Source: Candidatus Omnitrophota bacterium
GTDB lineage: Bacteria; Omnitrophota; Gorgyraeia; 2-01-FULL-45-10
Length of the DNA stretch: 64,000 bases
NCBI GenBank assembly: GCA_026387175.1
Contig: JAPLME010000007.1
Location: forward strand, 487-64,486
Direction: 5' to 3'
Both the position numbers and the translations under genes were made by a program. The notes under the pieces are model-generated. The model saw only the letters and a program-made list of their open reading frames with translations, had not been told where the DNA came from and ran no database searches. Shown piece by piece: positions 18,434 to 28,746 of the stretch (the first letter of the stretch is position 1; each line of letters begins with the position of its first letter).

Positions 18434-21391
18434 ATGAACGCCCTGGCGATAACCAAAAAGACCTTATCAGTCCTTCTCATCTGCACTTTTATCACGAGCC
18501 AGGCGGCCTATCCCGTAACAGAAAACACCCAAACTAAAACTACCTACGAACAGAGTGTGCCCGGATCTTCCGTAGAAAAGACAATAAGCGCCGCCGCCGC
18601 TCTTACCTCTATGATAGAGGCCAAGAATGCCCTGATCTCCGCGCCTGTCGTTAGCAACCCCGCGGCACAGCAGATCATCATACACAGTGTATTCGAATTA
18701 CAGAACATCTCACAAAACCTCACCGCACATTATGCTCTCGCCAATGACATCGACGCCTCTATTACTAAAACATGGAACGGCGGATTAGGGTTTAATCCTA
18801 TTGATGGCTTTGCCGGTATATTCGATGGCCAGGGATACACGATCTCCAGCCTATATATAAATAGAGATACGCTAAATTTACTTGGGAGAAGGGATAACAT
18901 AGGACTTTTTGGTAAAACTGCTATTAATGCATGGGAAACCAGAATTATAAACACACATCTCGAGTCTGTTTTCATAACTGCTAATAGCTCTGCCGGAGGG
19001 TTGGTGGGCTTTTTCGCTAGTGGTGTAATCGAAAACTGCTCGGTAACGGGAACGATAAATATGGTGAATAGTAGTAGCGTTGGCGGCGGCCTTGTGGGCT
19101 GGAATGAGGGAGAGATATATAACTCCTCGGCGGAGGTAGCCGTGACCAGCTATAGCGAAGGCGGCGGCCTTGTCGGACAAAATAACGGATTAATTTACGG
19201 CTCTTACGCCGCAGGCATACTCGACGGCGCTTTATATACCGGCGGTCTCGCAGGCCGGAACGATGGGCGGATATATTACTCCACGGCTACGGGATCTGTG
19301 AATTGCTATCAATATGGCGGTGGCCTTGTAGGCTGGAACGAGGGGGAGATATACAGCTCCACGGCAGCGGGAGCCGTGAATGGCTATTATGGCATGGGCG
19401 GCCTCGTAGGCCGGAACAAGGGAGATATATATTACTCCATGGCTACGGGAGATGTAAACAAGAACTATTACGGTTCTTTCGATGCCGGCGGTCTTGTAGG
19501 CTGGAACGATGGAGAGATATACAGCTCCACGGCTGCTGGAACCGTTCGTGGTCGTTACAGCCCCGGTGGCTTCGTAGGGTCTAACAACGGGCAGATATAC
19601 TATTCCGCGGCAACGGGAACTGTGGAAGGATATGAGGGTGCTGGCGGTTTCGCGGGATTAAACGGTAATATCGGTACGATCTCAGGCTGTTACGCCACAG
19701 GTATCGTCACCAGTACTTCTGGTACCGATTACAGTACCAAGCGCACTGGTGGCTTTGTTGGTATGAACTATCGTTCCGGCATAACCGGTATAACCAATTC
19801 ATATGCGTCTAAGTTATATAACGTCCTCGACCTACAGCTTATTAAGTACAGGCCGACCGGTACATTTACAGTAATGCAGGACATCGATGCCATCGATACA
19901 AAAAACTGGAACGGGGGGCAGGGGTTCGAGTCGATCGCGAACTTCAATGGGATTTTCGACGGTAAGAACAAGGTCATCTCCAACCTCTATATAAACAGGC
20001 CCACCGAGAATAGTATAGGGCTTTTCGGATGGAATATGGGCACCATCATAAATACAGCCCTCAGCTGGGCAAATGTAAATGGTAGTTGCTACATTGGGGC
20101 GCTTGTAGGCATGAATTATGGCCAGATATCTAACTCTTGGGCAAACGGCGTGATAAAAGGAGCCTATTACCTTGGCGGCCTCGTTGGCATGAATTATGGC
20201 CAAATATGTAACTCCTGGACAAGCGGAACAATAAACGGCTATTACGGCGTAGGCGGCCTCGTCGGATACAATTACGGACTAATCCGGAGTTCTAATGCAT
20301 CGACCACTGTAAATGGCACTTACTATGTAGGCGGCCTCGCCGGCATGAACTATGCCCAGATATATAGCTCCACAGCAATAGGGATAATAAGCGGCTATTA
20401 CGGTATCGGCGGCCTCGCCGGATATAACTATGGTTTGATCTGGGGTTCTACCGCGTCGCCCACTGTAAATGGCACTTACTATGTCGGCGGCCTCGCCGGC
20501 ATGAGCTACGGCCAAATATATAACTCCACGGCGGTAGCGACGGTGAACGGCTATTACGGCGTCGGCGGCCTCGCAGGATATAATTATGGCTTAATCTGGG
20601 GTTCTTACGCCGCATGTGCTGTAAAAGGTACTTACTATGTCGGCGGCCTCGCCGGCATGAACTACAGCCAGATATATAATTCAACGACATGGGGAGTAAT
20701 AAACGGTTATTCCGGCATCGGTGGACTTGTCGGATATAACTACGGATTGATATATGGTTCCAGCGCATACGCCAATGTCACAGGCACCTGCTATGTCGGC
20801 GGCCTCGCCGGCATGAATTATGGCCAGATATATAACTCCTGGGCCAGTGGAATAGTAAATGGCTGGAACTACATCGGCGGGCTTGTCGGGGTAAATAGCG
20901 GCACTATCTCGGGATCCTCGGCACGGGGAGCCGTAACAGGCTATTACGGTACAGGCGGGCTTTGTGGATTGAATTACAGTGTTATCTCATCCTGTTATGC
21001 CACAGGCGCTGTCGCAGGCACTTACTATGCCGGCGGCCTTACCGGCATGAACTATGGCCAGATATCTTACTCTACCGCATATGGAGCCGTGAACGGCTTT
21101 TACGGTATCGGCGGCCTGGTCGGATATAACGCCGGCGTGATCTTAAACTCTTACGCCGTAGGCGCAGTTTCAGGAACTTACGATGTCGGCGGTCTTGTCG
21201 GTTTGAATATGTATACCGGCAAGATATATAATTCCGCGGCAACAGGAGGAGTAAATGGCTATGCCTATGTCGGCGGCCTCGTAGGCGCCAACTATGGCTT
21301 AATATCGAAGTGCTGGGCTATTGGACGTGTATTTGGTTCATACTATGTTGGTCAGTTAGTCGGTTATAACGCAGGGACCATAATATATTGA
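18434..21391 (+). CDS. Giant secreted GLUG-motif beta-solenoid repeat protein, first gene of the pair (985 aa)
   Basis: Signal peptide (..FITSQA/AYP). A ~110-aa N-terminal module (ANDIDASITKTWNGGLGFNPIDGFAGIFDG.GYTIS.LYINR) that recurs internally. More than 25 tandem ~26-aa repeats YVGGL(V/A)G.NYG.I.NS.A.G.V.G, which I read as the GLUG motif (PF07581-like). A conserved C-terminal tail. Confidence 0.75.
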   Translation: MNALAITKKTLSVLLICTFITSQAAYPVTENTQTKTTYEQSVPGSSVEKTISAAAALTSMIEAKNALISAPVVSNPAAQQIIIHSVFELQNISQNLTAHYALANDIDASITKTWNGGLGFNPIDGFAGIFDGQGYTISSLYINRDTLNLLGRRDNIGLFGKTAINAWETRIINTHLESVFITANSSAGGLVGFFASGVIENCSVTGTINMVNSSSVGGGLVGWNEGEIYNSSAEVAVTSYSEGGGLVGQNNGLIYGSYAAGILDGALYTGGLAGRNDGRIYYSTATGSVNCYQYGGGLVGWNEGEIYSSTAAGAVNGYYGMGGLVGRNKGDIYYSMATGDVNKNYYGSFDAGGLVGWNDGEIYSSTAAGTVRGRYSPGGFVGSNNGQIYYSAATGTVEGYEGAGGFAGLNGNIGTISGCYATGIVTSTSGTDYSTKRTGGFVGMNYRSGITGITNSYASKLYNVLDLQLIKYRPTGTFTVMQDIDAIDTKNWNGGQGFESIANFNGIFDGKNKVISNLYINRPTENSIGLFGWNMGTIINTALSWANVNGSCYIGALVGMNYGQISNSWANGVIKGAYYLGGLVGMNYGQICNSWTSGTINGYYGVGGLVGYNYGLIRSSNASTTVNGTYYVGGLAGMNYAQIYSSTAIGIISGYYGIGGLAGYNYGLIWGSTASPTVNGTYYVGGLAGMSYGQIYNSTAVATVNGYYGVGGLAGYNYGLIWGSYAACAVKGTYYVGGLAGMNYSQIYNSTTWGVINGYSGIGGLVGYNYGLIYGSSAYANVTGTCYVGGLAGMNYGQIYNSWASGIVNGWNYIGGLVGVNSGTISGSSARGAVTGYYGTGGLCGLNYSVISSCYATGAVAGTYYAGGLTGMNYGQISYSTAYGAVNGFYGIGGLVGYNAGVILNSYAVGAVSGTYDVGGLVGLNMYTGKIYNSAATGGVNGYAYVGGLVGANYGLISKCWAIGRVFGSYYVGQLVGYNAGTIIY

Positions 21392-21442
21392 AGAGCAATA
21401 TGATAGGGTAGGCAATTTTCAATAACGATAGGGAGGTGTCCC

Positions 21443-24400
21443 ATGAACACCCTGGCCGTAATGAAGAAAACAGTATCGGTATTTCTCATATGCACTTTTA
21501 TCACGAGCCAGGCGGCCTACCCTGTATTAGAAAACACCCAAACTAACACATCCTACGAACAGAGTGTGCCCGGAACCTCCGTAGAAAAGACATTAAGCAC
21601 TACAGCTGCTCTTACCTCTATGATAGATGCCAAGAACGCTCTCCTGGGGCCGACGCCTGTGGCCAGTAACCCTGCTGCGCAATAGGTTGCCAGTACTACC
21701 ACCGTTCAACCCACTATCGTTATACACAGCGTATTCGAACTGCAAAATATTTCACAGAACCTCACCGCGCATTATACCCTCGCCAATGACATTGATGCTT
21801 CTATCACTAACACATGGAATGGTGGTCTAGGATTCAACCCTATAGACAATTTTGCCGGTATCTTCGATGGCGGTGGATATACCATCTCCAACCTCTATAT
21901 AAATAGGCCCAACGAAGACTTTATAGGGTTATTCGGTAGTACGGTCATAAGTAAATGGGATACCAGGATAATGAATGTGCGGCTCGAATCGGTTTCTATA
22001 ACCGGATTAAATGCTGTAAGCGGTCTTTGCGGATATAATGCAGGGACAATCTTAGCTTCTTATGTCACTGGGTCTGTTATTGGCTATACCGCTGCGGGGG
22101 GGCTGGTAGGAATAAATGATGGCAAAATAGATAATTGCCAAGTGACTGGAACAGTAAGTGGCCGTCCCGGTGAAACTTCTGGTATCGGCGGTCTTGTAGG
22201 TGAAAACTACGGCACGATCTCAAACTCACAAACGGGTGGGACTGTGGAAGGGACTTTAGGTAATAAAGCCCTTTGTGCTGGTGGCCTTGTCGGATTTAAT
22301 GAAGGTATAATTTCAACTTCTTATTCCACGAGTAATGTTGGCGGAAGTGACTTTCTCGGCGGATTCGTAGGTATAAATGGCGGTAAAATATATAATTCCT
22401 CTGCAATGGGAACAGTAATTGGCCCGCACTCTGAAGGTATAGGTGGATTTGCTGGTGGAAATTGGGGAGAGATCTTTAGTTCACGGGCAAGCGGAGCCGT
22501 GAACGGATATGGAGATGTCGGCGGCCTGTGCGGCGGAGTCGCGATAGGTGGGATGGTTTTCGATTCTTACGCTACAGGTATTGTTACAGGTGTTGAAGTT
22601 GTCGGTGGTCTCGCAGGCATAAGTTATGGAAATGTAACTAATTCCAGGGCAACTGGAACAATAAGCGGTAAGACATGTATTGGCGGTCTCATAGGTAGCA
22701 ATATTGGCTTGATATCGGAATCTTGGGCGAGTGGCGTTGTAAGTGGCGACTGGACGATTATCGGCGGCCTGTGCGGGTACAATGGTGATGGCGGTACAAT
22801 TAAAGCCTCTTATGCTAAAGGAAGCGTCACTTGTAATGACACTTATAACTATTATACCAGTAGCGATGATGTTGGCGGATTGGTGGGTGATAATTTTGGC
22901 ACAATTTCAGATTCTTGGGCAGCTGGTACGGTAAAAGGTGCTGAAGGTGTTGGCGGTCTATGCGGGTATACCGGTGGTATAATATCCGCCTCATATTCTT
23001 TAGGCAACGTTATCGGTAAATCTAAAGTCGGTGGGTTTTCCGGTGCTACCTCTGGGGACATATCTAACTCTTGGGCGACAGGAGCAGTGACTGGTGGCAA
23101 CAGTACCGGCGGGTTCTCGGGTTTAAATTTCGGTTCAGTATCCGATTCCTGGGCAAGCGGAGTTGTGAAGGGGTCTTCATATGTAGGTGGTTTTGTGGGT
23201 AGTAATGGTTATGAAGGCACGATCTCAAACTCCTGGGCAAGCGGAGCTGTGGATGGAGTTTCATATGTTGGCGGTTTATGTGGATACAATGTTTACGGCA
23301 TGATAGCGTCCTCTTACGCCTTAGGCAACATCACTGGAACCGACCACGTAGGCGGACTTGTAGGCATGAATATTAGCAAGATATATAACTCCTGGACAAG
23401 CGGAGCTGTGAATGGATCTTTATATGTTGGCGGCATAGCTGGATATAATATGAATTACGACATAGGTGGCATAATTTTATCGACTGGCATAATCTCAGGC
23501 TCTTGTGCCACAGGCGTTGTCACCGGCACCAACTTTGTCGGCGGCCTTGTCGGCAAAAACGATAAATCCGGCATAACCGGTATTACCAATTCCTATGCAT
23601 TGAACTTGTATAACGTCCTCGACCTCCAGCTTATGAAGTACAAGCTGGACGGCACATTTACGGTGATGGGTGACATCGACGCCTCCGACACCAAAAACTG
23701 GAATGGGGGAAAGGGGTTCGAGTCGATCGCAAACTTTGCGGGTATTTTCGACGGCAAGAACAAGGTCATCTCCAACCTCTATATAAATAGGCCTACTGAG
23801 ACCAATATAGGATTCTTCGGCAGTACAGCTATAGGTCCGTGGGAAGTCAAGATCATGAATACGCGGCTTGAGTCGGTTTCTGTGACTGGTAATGGTTCCG
23901 TTGGTGGTCTTGTTGGCTGTTTGTCAGCAAATGGCACAATAGAGCGCTCTTTGGTAACGGGAACTATAAACGGTCTCGGCTACTATATAGGCGGCCTTGT
24001 TGGTGGCAACTTTGAAGGAACCATTCGACAGTCATTTGCATCCGCGACAGTAACTGCCCCCGGCCTTGTTGGCGGTTTAGTTGGTATGAATACCGGAGAT
24101 ATTTATGATTCATATTCGACCTCCGATGTCAGCGGCAATTATTGGGCTGGCGGACTTGTCGGATTTAACAATGCCCAGTGGCAATATGCATATGGCCCAC
24201 ACGGTACGCGCATCCCTTATTTGGCATATGCCGGTAATGTTTACCGCAGCTATTCTACGGGCAGAGTTACTGGTTCTGACATTTATAATGGCGGGCTTAT
24301 AGGGTGCTCATGGGGTGGTACTATCTCCGACTCATACTGGAATATGAATACTTCCGGCATGAGTACAAGCGGTGGTGGCATGGGGAAGACCACAGCTCAG

Positions 24401-26866
24401 ATGATGGACGCCTCGACGTTTACGGGATGGGATATTTCATATAATTCCGGGCACACGTGGATCATGGCTGGGTATCCGCATCTGCAGTGGGAGTGGACCG
24501 ACAAGATAACCAACGCCTCCCAGCTCCAGATGGTGACGCTCAATACTAGCGCTAACTATACCATCGCTAATAACATCGATGCCTTCGCCACTAAAGGATG
24601 GAATGGCGGGTTGGGTTTTAACCCTATCGATGATTTTGCGGGCATTTTTGATGGCAAGAACAAGGTCATCTCCAACCTCTATATAAATAGGCCTAGTGAG
24701 TACTATGTAGGCCTTTTTGGCAGCATAGGTACAGGTTCGCAGGAAGCCAGGATTACGAATACAAGGCTCGAGTCGGTTTCTATAACCGGCGATAGTGATG
24801 TGGGCGGCCTCGTCGGTAGTCTATCAAATAAAGGCGTGATTGAGAATTGCTCCGTAACCGGAACGGTAAAAGGCTATAATTACACTATAGGTGGACTGGT
24901 CGGTTATAATGGTATTTACGGAACTATCCTGCAGTCATTCACGTCCGCGATAGTAAGCGCTGTTTATGGTTATGGCTACATAGTGGGCGGTCTTGTGGGC
25001 ATGAATGTCGGTAATATTTATAATTCATACTCGACATCCGCTGTAAACAATGGTTATAAATATACCGGCGGACTTGTAGGTTCCAATGCCGGTAATATTT
25101 ATAATTCCTGGGCAACAGGGACGGTAAGCAGCAATATCAGTAGTAATGTCACCGGCAATATCAGCAGTAGCGATGGTGCTGGTGGACTTGTGGGCGCGAA
25201 CTCCGGAGGAATATACGGTTCCTGGGCAAGCGGAGCAGTAATAGGAGGCGCATATGGATCTTCGCATCTCGGCGGCCTGATCTCGGCCTCGTATGCGATA
25301 GGTAGTATTATAGGGCGTAACGCTTTCCGTATCGGCGGCCTTGTAGGAGAGAACCAGGGCAAAATATATAATTCCTGGGCAAGCGGAGCTGTGAACAGTG
25401 TATATAGCTATGCCGGAGGTCTCGTCGGATACAATGCAGCTAATGGTTTGATATCGGCTTCTTATGCCATAGGTAATGTCACGGCCAGCTCATCTATCGG
25501 CGGCCTCGCAGGTTTTAACGACAACGGCACTATCTCGGACTCATGGGCAAGCGGAACTATCGCTGGAGCTAGCAATATAGGCGGCCTAGTAGGAGATAAT
25601 ACAGGAACGATTTCTAACTCTTATGCTAAAGGGAGCCTTAAGAATGGCTGTGTTGCCGGCGGACTTGTCGGTGAAAACAAGGGCTCCGGCAAAATATATA
25701 ACTCTTGGGCCACCGGAGCTGTGGATGGGAGCTCATGTGCCGGCGGCCTTGTGGGGCTTAACAACATCGGAGCCATGATTTCGAACTCATGGGCAAGCGG
25801 CGCCATAAAGGGATATGCGTATTATTCTTCAGGCCTCGGCGGCCTGGTCGGGACCAACGCCGGTATAATTTCGGCCTCGTATGCTACAGGTAGTGTTATC
25901 GGTGCGCTCAATGCAGTTCGTCTCGGCGGCCTTGTAGGAAATAACTGCGGCAAAATATATAGCTCATGGGCGAGAGGAGCCATAACCGGCGCATATACCT
26001 ATGCCGGTGGATTAGTCGGATATAACGAAGTTAATAGTTTGATTTCATACTGTTATGCGCTAGGCGCTGTTACCGGCACCTACTTTGCCGGCGGACTTGT
26101 AGGCCAGAACCGCGGCACGATCTTGAGTTCCCGGGCAAACGGCGTTGTAAATGGACAATCACTTGCCGGCGGCCTCGTTGGAGATAATTATGGCGTAATT
26201 TCCGCCTCTTATGCCACAGGCAGTGTCACCAGTACTGGTGCCGACATCGGCGGACTTGTAGGCCAGAACCGCGGCACGATCTTGAGTTCCTGGGCAAGCG
26301 GAGCCGTGAAGGGGAGATCTGAAGTCGGCGGCCTCGTCGGATGGAATGACGGACTGATCTCGGCCTCGTATGCTTTGGGCAATGTTATTGGCTCTGCTAT
26401 TCTTGGCGGCCTTGTAGGCGACAATTATTATTCCGGCACGATCTCGAATTCATGGGCCGGGGGAGCCGTAACCGGGGATACAAATGTTCTATCTTTTCAA
26501 TCCTTTGCCGGCGGATTGGTGGGAAATAATCATGGCTTGATCTCAACCTCCTGCGCCACCGGTAATGTTACCACAGCCTCTTCCTGGATCGGCGGGCTTG
26601 TGGGTATAAATTACGGCAAAATATATAATTCCTGGGCGTCGGGAATAGTAAAAGGATATGATTTCGTTGGCGGGCTCACAGGTTTTAATAATAACACGAT
26701 CTCTAATTCCTGGGCGAGGGGAACTGTAAGCGGGCATTACTACGTCGGCGGCCTGGTGGGCGCCAACTACGGCCTGATATACAAGTGCCGGGCATTTGGC
26801 CGCGTATTCGGTTCACGTTATGTAGGTTGGCTAGTCGGTTATAACGCTGGGACCATAATATACTAG
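21443..26866 (+). pseudogene. Second giant GLUG-repeat protein, interrupted by one in-frame TAG at 21683-21685. As a single frame it would encode about 1807 aa.
   Basis: ORFs 21443..21685 and 21971..26866 share a frame, and I translated 21686..21970 with no further stop. The N-terminal 80 codons are highly similar to the 18434 paralog, including its signal peptide. The ORF-track alternative is a 1631-aa product from the internal ATG at 21971, which would lack a signal peptide. Confidence 0.6.
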
Positions 26867-26914
26867 AGGCAGTAACCGCATTTGCCGGGCCTCCACTCCC
26901 GGCAGATGTATTAT

Positions 26915-26960
26915 CCCCATGTCGATTGACGCTGTCGGCATGGGGATTTTTTTGTTTTTG
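26915..26960 (+). terminator. Rho-independent terminator after the giant gene pair
   Basis: Stem ccccatg/catgggg followed by TTTTTTTGTTTTTGTTTT. A second short hairpin gccggg/cccggc lies just upstream (26884-26903). Confidence 0.7.
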
Positions 26961-26967
26961 TTTTAAT

Positions 26968-26996
26968 TTGACTATCAACTTCTCCTGTGGTATATA
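26968..26996 (+). promoter_or_regulatory. Sigma-70-like promoter: TTGACT, 17-nt spacer, extended -10 TGgTATATA
   Basis: Read directly. Lies about 60 nt upstream of the DUF134 gene. Confidence 0.5.
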
Positions 26997-27055
26997 TGGG
27001 TATACACTCATAAAATAAGCTGTGGATAGATTTTGTAAAATGGGGGTTTAATTTT

Positions 27056-27385
27056 ATGCCGATGGGAAAGGATAGCGAAAAACCGGTAAAAAAAGGCCGG
27101 CCTATCAAGGCCAGGATAGTGCATAGGGAGCCGGGGACAAAACAATTTAGCCCTCGCGGCAGGCGAGGGAGGCCGGGCTATAACGCTCTGAAGCACGAGG
27201 AGTTGGAGGCTATAAGATTGGCCGATTTTACAGGCTTGAAACAGGCCGAGGCTGCCGAGCAGATGAACATAAGCCAGCAGACGTTTTCCAGGGTCTTGAG
27301 ATCCGGCCGGAAATGCCTGGCGGAGGCCATTGTATTGGGCCATATAATAAAGGTCGATGGGGGAGACTTCAAGCTTGAAAAATAA
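27056..27385 (+). CDS. DUF134 / UPF0251-family predicted DNA-binding protein
   Basis: Basic N-terminus, then ..ALKHEELEAIRLADFTGLKQAEAAEQMNISQQTFSRVL.. This matches the sigma-70 region-4-like HTH signature of COG1342/DUF134. Confidence 0.65.
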   Translation: MPMGKDSEKPVKKGRPIKARIVHREPGTKQFSPRGRRGRPGYNALKHEELEAIRLADFTGLKQAEAAEQMNISQQTFSRVLRSGRKCLAEAIVLGHIIKVDGGDFKLEK

Positions 27386-27451
27386 GCTAAAATCCATATA
27401 ACGTCCTAAGTTAACATTGATGTTTAGTGCGATTTGTGATATGGTTATGGT

Positions 27452-28315
27452 ATGGCTAAAGGGTTAAGAACAAGATTGAACCAGGAAGAGTTGCGCAGGC
27501 TATATCTTGTAGAGAAAAAATCTCTCGAGGATATCGCGCGGCTACATGGTGCATCCAGGGTTGCCGTGTGGAAGTATTGTAATGCCGAGGGCTTGACGAG
27601 GCGCACCAGGTCGGCCGCCAGATTGGAAGCCCAGAAAAAAGGAAAAGTTCCCCAGGGCTTCTTCGAAATAAATGATAATTTTTTCAGTAATTGGTCTCCG
27701 GAAATGGCGTATGTTTTGGGATTAATCGCCACCGATGGTTGCGTTTCTAAATCCGGTACCGTGTCGCTCTGTATAAACGATAAAGATCTATTAGAAAAAG
27801 TAAGACTGGTTATGGATTCCGAGCATAAGATATGCCGGTCAAAGTATCAAGAAGGGTTATATTCTTTTCATTTTGCAAGGCCCCGGTTAGTTAAGGACTT
27901 GGCAGCGCTTGGTATTCTGCCCAGGAAGAGCCTGAATATTAAGTTTCCGGCAGTTCCGGATGCTTTTTTGATTGATTTTGTCAGAGGAGTTTTTGATGGT
28001 GACGGCTCCGTGTATTTTGAAAAACGAAGCGAACGCTATCCTTTAAGAACGACATTTGTCAGCAGCTCGCAAGAGTTCATTGAAAAACTGGAGATCGTTC
28101 TGCGGCAAATGGGGTTACCTGAACGTGTAATACACAGGCAAACTACGAAAAACGGATTACATTTTAAGATCAGATATAGTCATAAAGATAGCGCGAAACT
28201 GTTTCATTTGATGTACAATGACACTGCCAATTCCTTGTTTTTGGGGCGTAAATATAATAAATTTTTGGATGGTTTTCAGAAAGAAAATAGCGGAGCTGAA
28301 TATAATGGAAAATGA
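27452..28315 (+). CDS. Free-standing LAGLIDADG-family endonuclease-like protein (two LAGLIDADG motifs) with an N-terminal HTH extension
   Basis: The N-terminal ~65 aa form an HTH (SLEDIARLHGASRVAVWKYC). Motif 1 is YVLGLIATDGCVS and motif 2 is FVRGVFDGDGSVY, both keeping the acidic residue. The ~110-aa spacing is typical of single-chain LAGLIDADG enzymes. Confidence 0.65.
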   Translation: MAKGLRTRLNQEELRRLYLVEKKSLEDIARLHGASRVAVWKYCNAEGLTRRTRSAARLEAQKKGKVPQGFFEINDNFFSNWSPEMAYVLGLIATDGCVSKSGTVSLCINDKDLLEKVRLVMDSEHKICRSKYQEGLYSFHFARPRLVKDLAALGILPRKSLNIKFPAVPDAFLIDFVRGVFDGDGSVYFEKRSERYPLRTTFVSSSQEFIEKLEIVLRQMGLPERVIHRQTTKNGLHFKIRYSHKDSAKLFHLMYNDTANSLFLGRKYNKFLDGFQKENSGAEYNGK

Positions 28316-28517
28316 GCTAGAGGCATGGCGCAAAGCGCATAAATTTTACTCATGTAGCGCCTATTTGACGAAAGATTTAGCAGCATATCTAAAAGTCTCA
28401 CCCAGGACGGTTCAGAGGTGGCTAAAAGGAAAGACGCATCCCAAAGAAACGCAATTAGGCCTTATCAAAAAATATCTATCCGAAAACTCCAAAAATACCA
28501 CCAAAAGCGAAATATAG
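28305..28517 (+). CDS. Small HTH DNA-binding protein
   Basis: ATG at 28305 overlaps the upstream stop (ATGGAAAATGA), implying translational coupling. HTH segment TKDLAAYLKVSPRTVQRWLKGK. Confidence 0.5.
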   Translation: MENELEAWRKAHKFYSCSAYLTKDLAAYLKVSPRTVQRWLKGKTHPKETQLGLIKKYLSENSKNTTKSEI

Positions 28518-28746
28518 AGTTAAATATTAATCCGCTGACCCAATAGAAGGCGCCTAAGGACAGTTGTTTGTTTCCCTTCATATATGTCGCACTGCGCCCG
28601 ATAATATATCTTATGTTAACTTGCCAAGCACAAAGTAATTGATATAAGATATTGATGTACAATGTCTTCTGTGTTTATGCGGTTTTCCTGTTGATAAGTG
28701 TATCTCTGCGGGAATCCATTCAACTAACTGCAGTATTGACTTGCGG

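Noticed and set aside
21683-21685. TAG read as a sense codon (alternative genetic code) to explain the interrupted giant gene
   Set aside because: TAG is used as the stop codon of at least four other well-supported genes in this window (ends at 7565, 13313, 26866 and 28517). A nonsense mutation or sequencing error is more parsimonious.
18434-26866. Highly periodic ~78-bp repeats that could superficially resemble a CRISPR or tandem-repeat array
   Set aside because: The periodicity is protein-coding (26-aa GLUG-type repeats in one long open frame). The repeats are degenerate at the DNA level and have no unique spacers. No cas genes are present.
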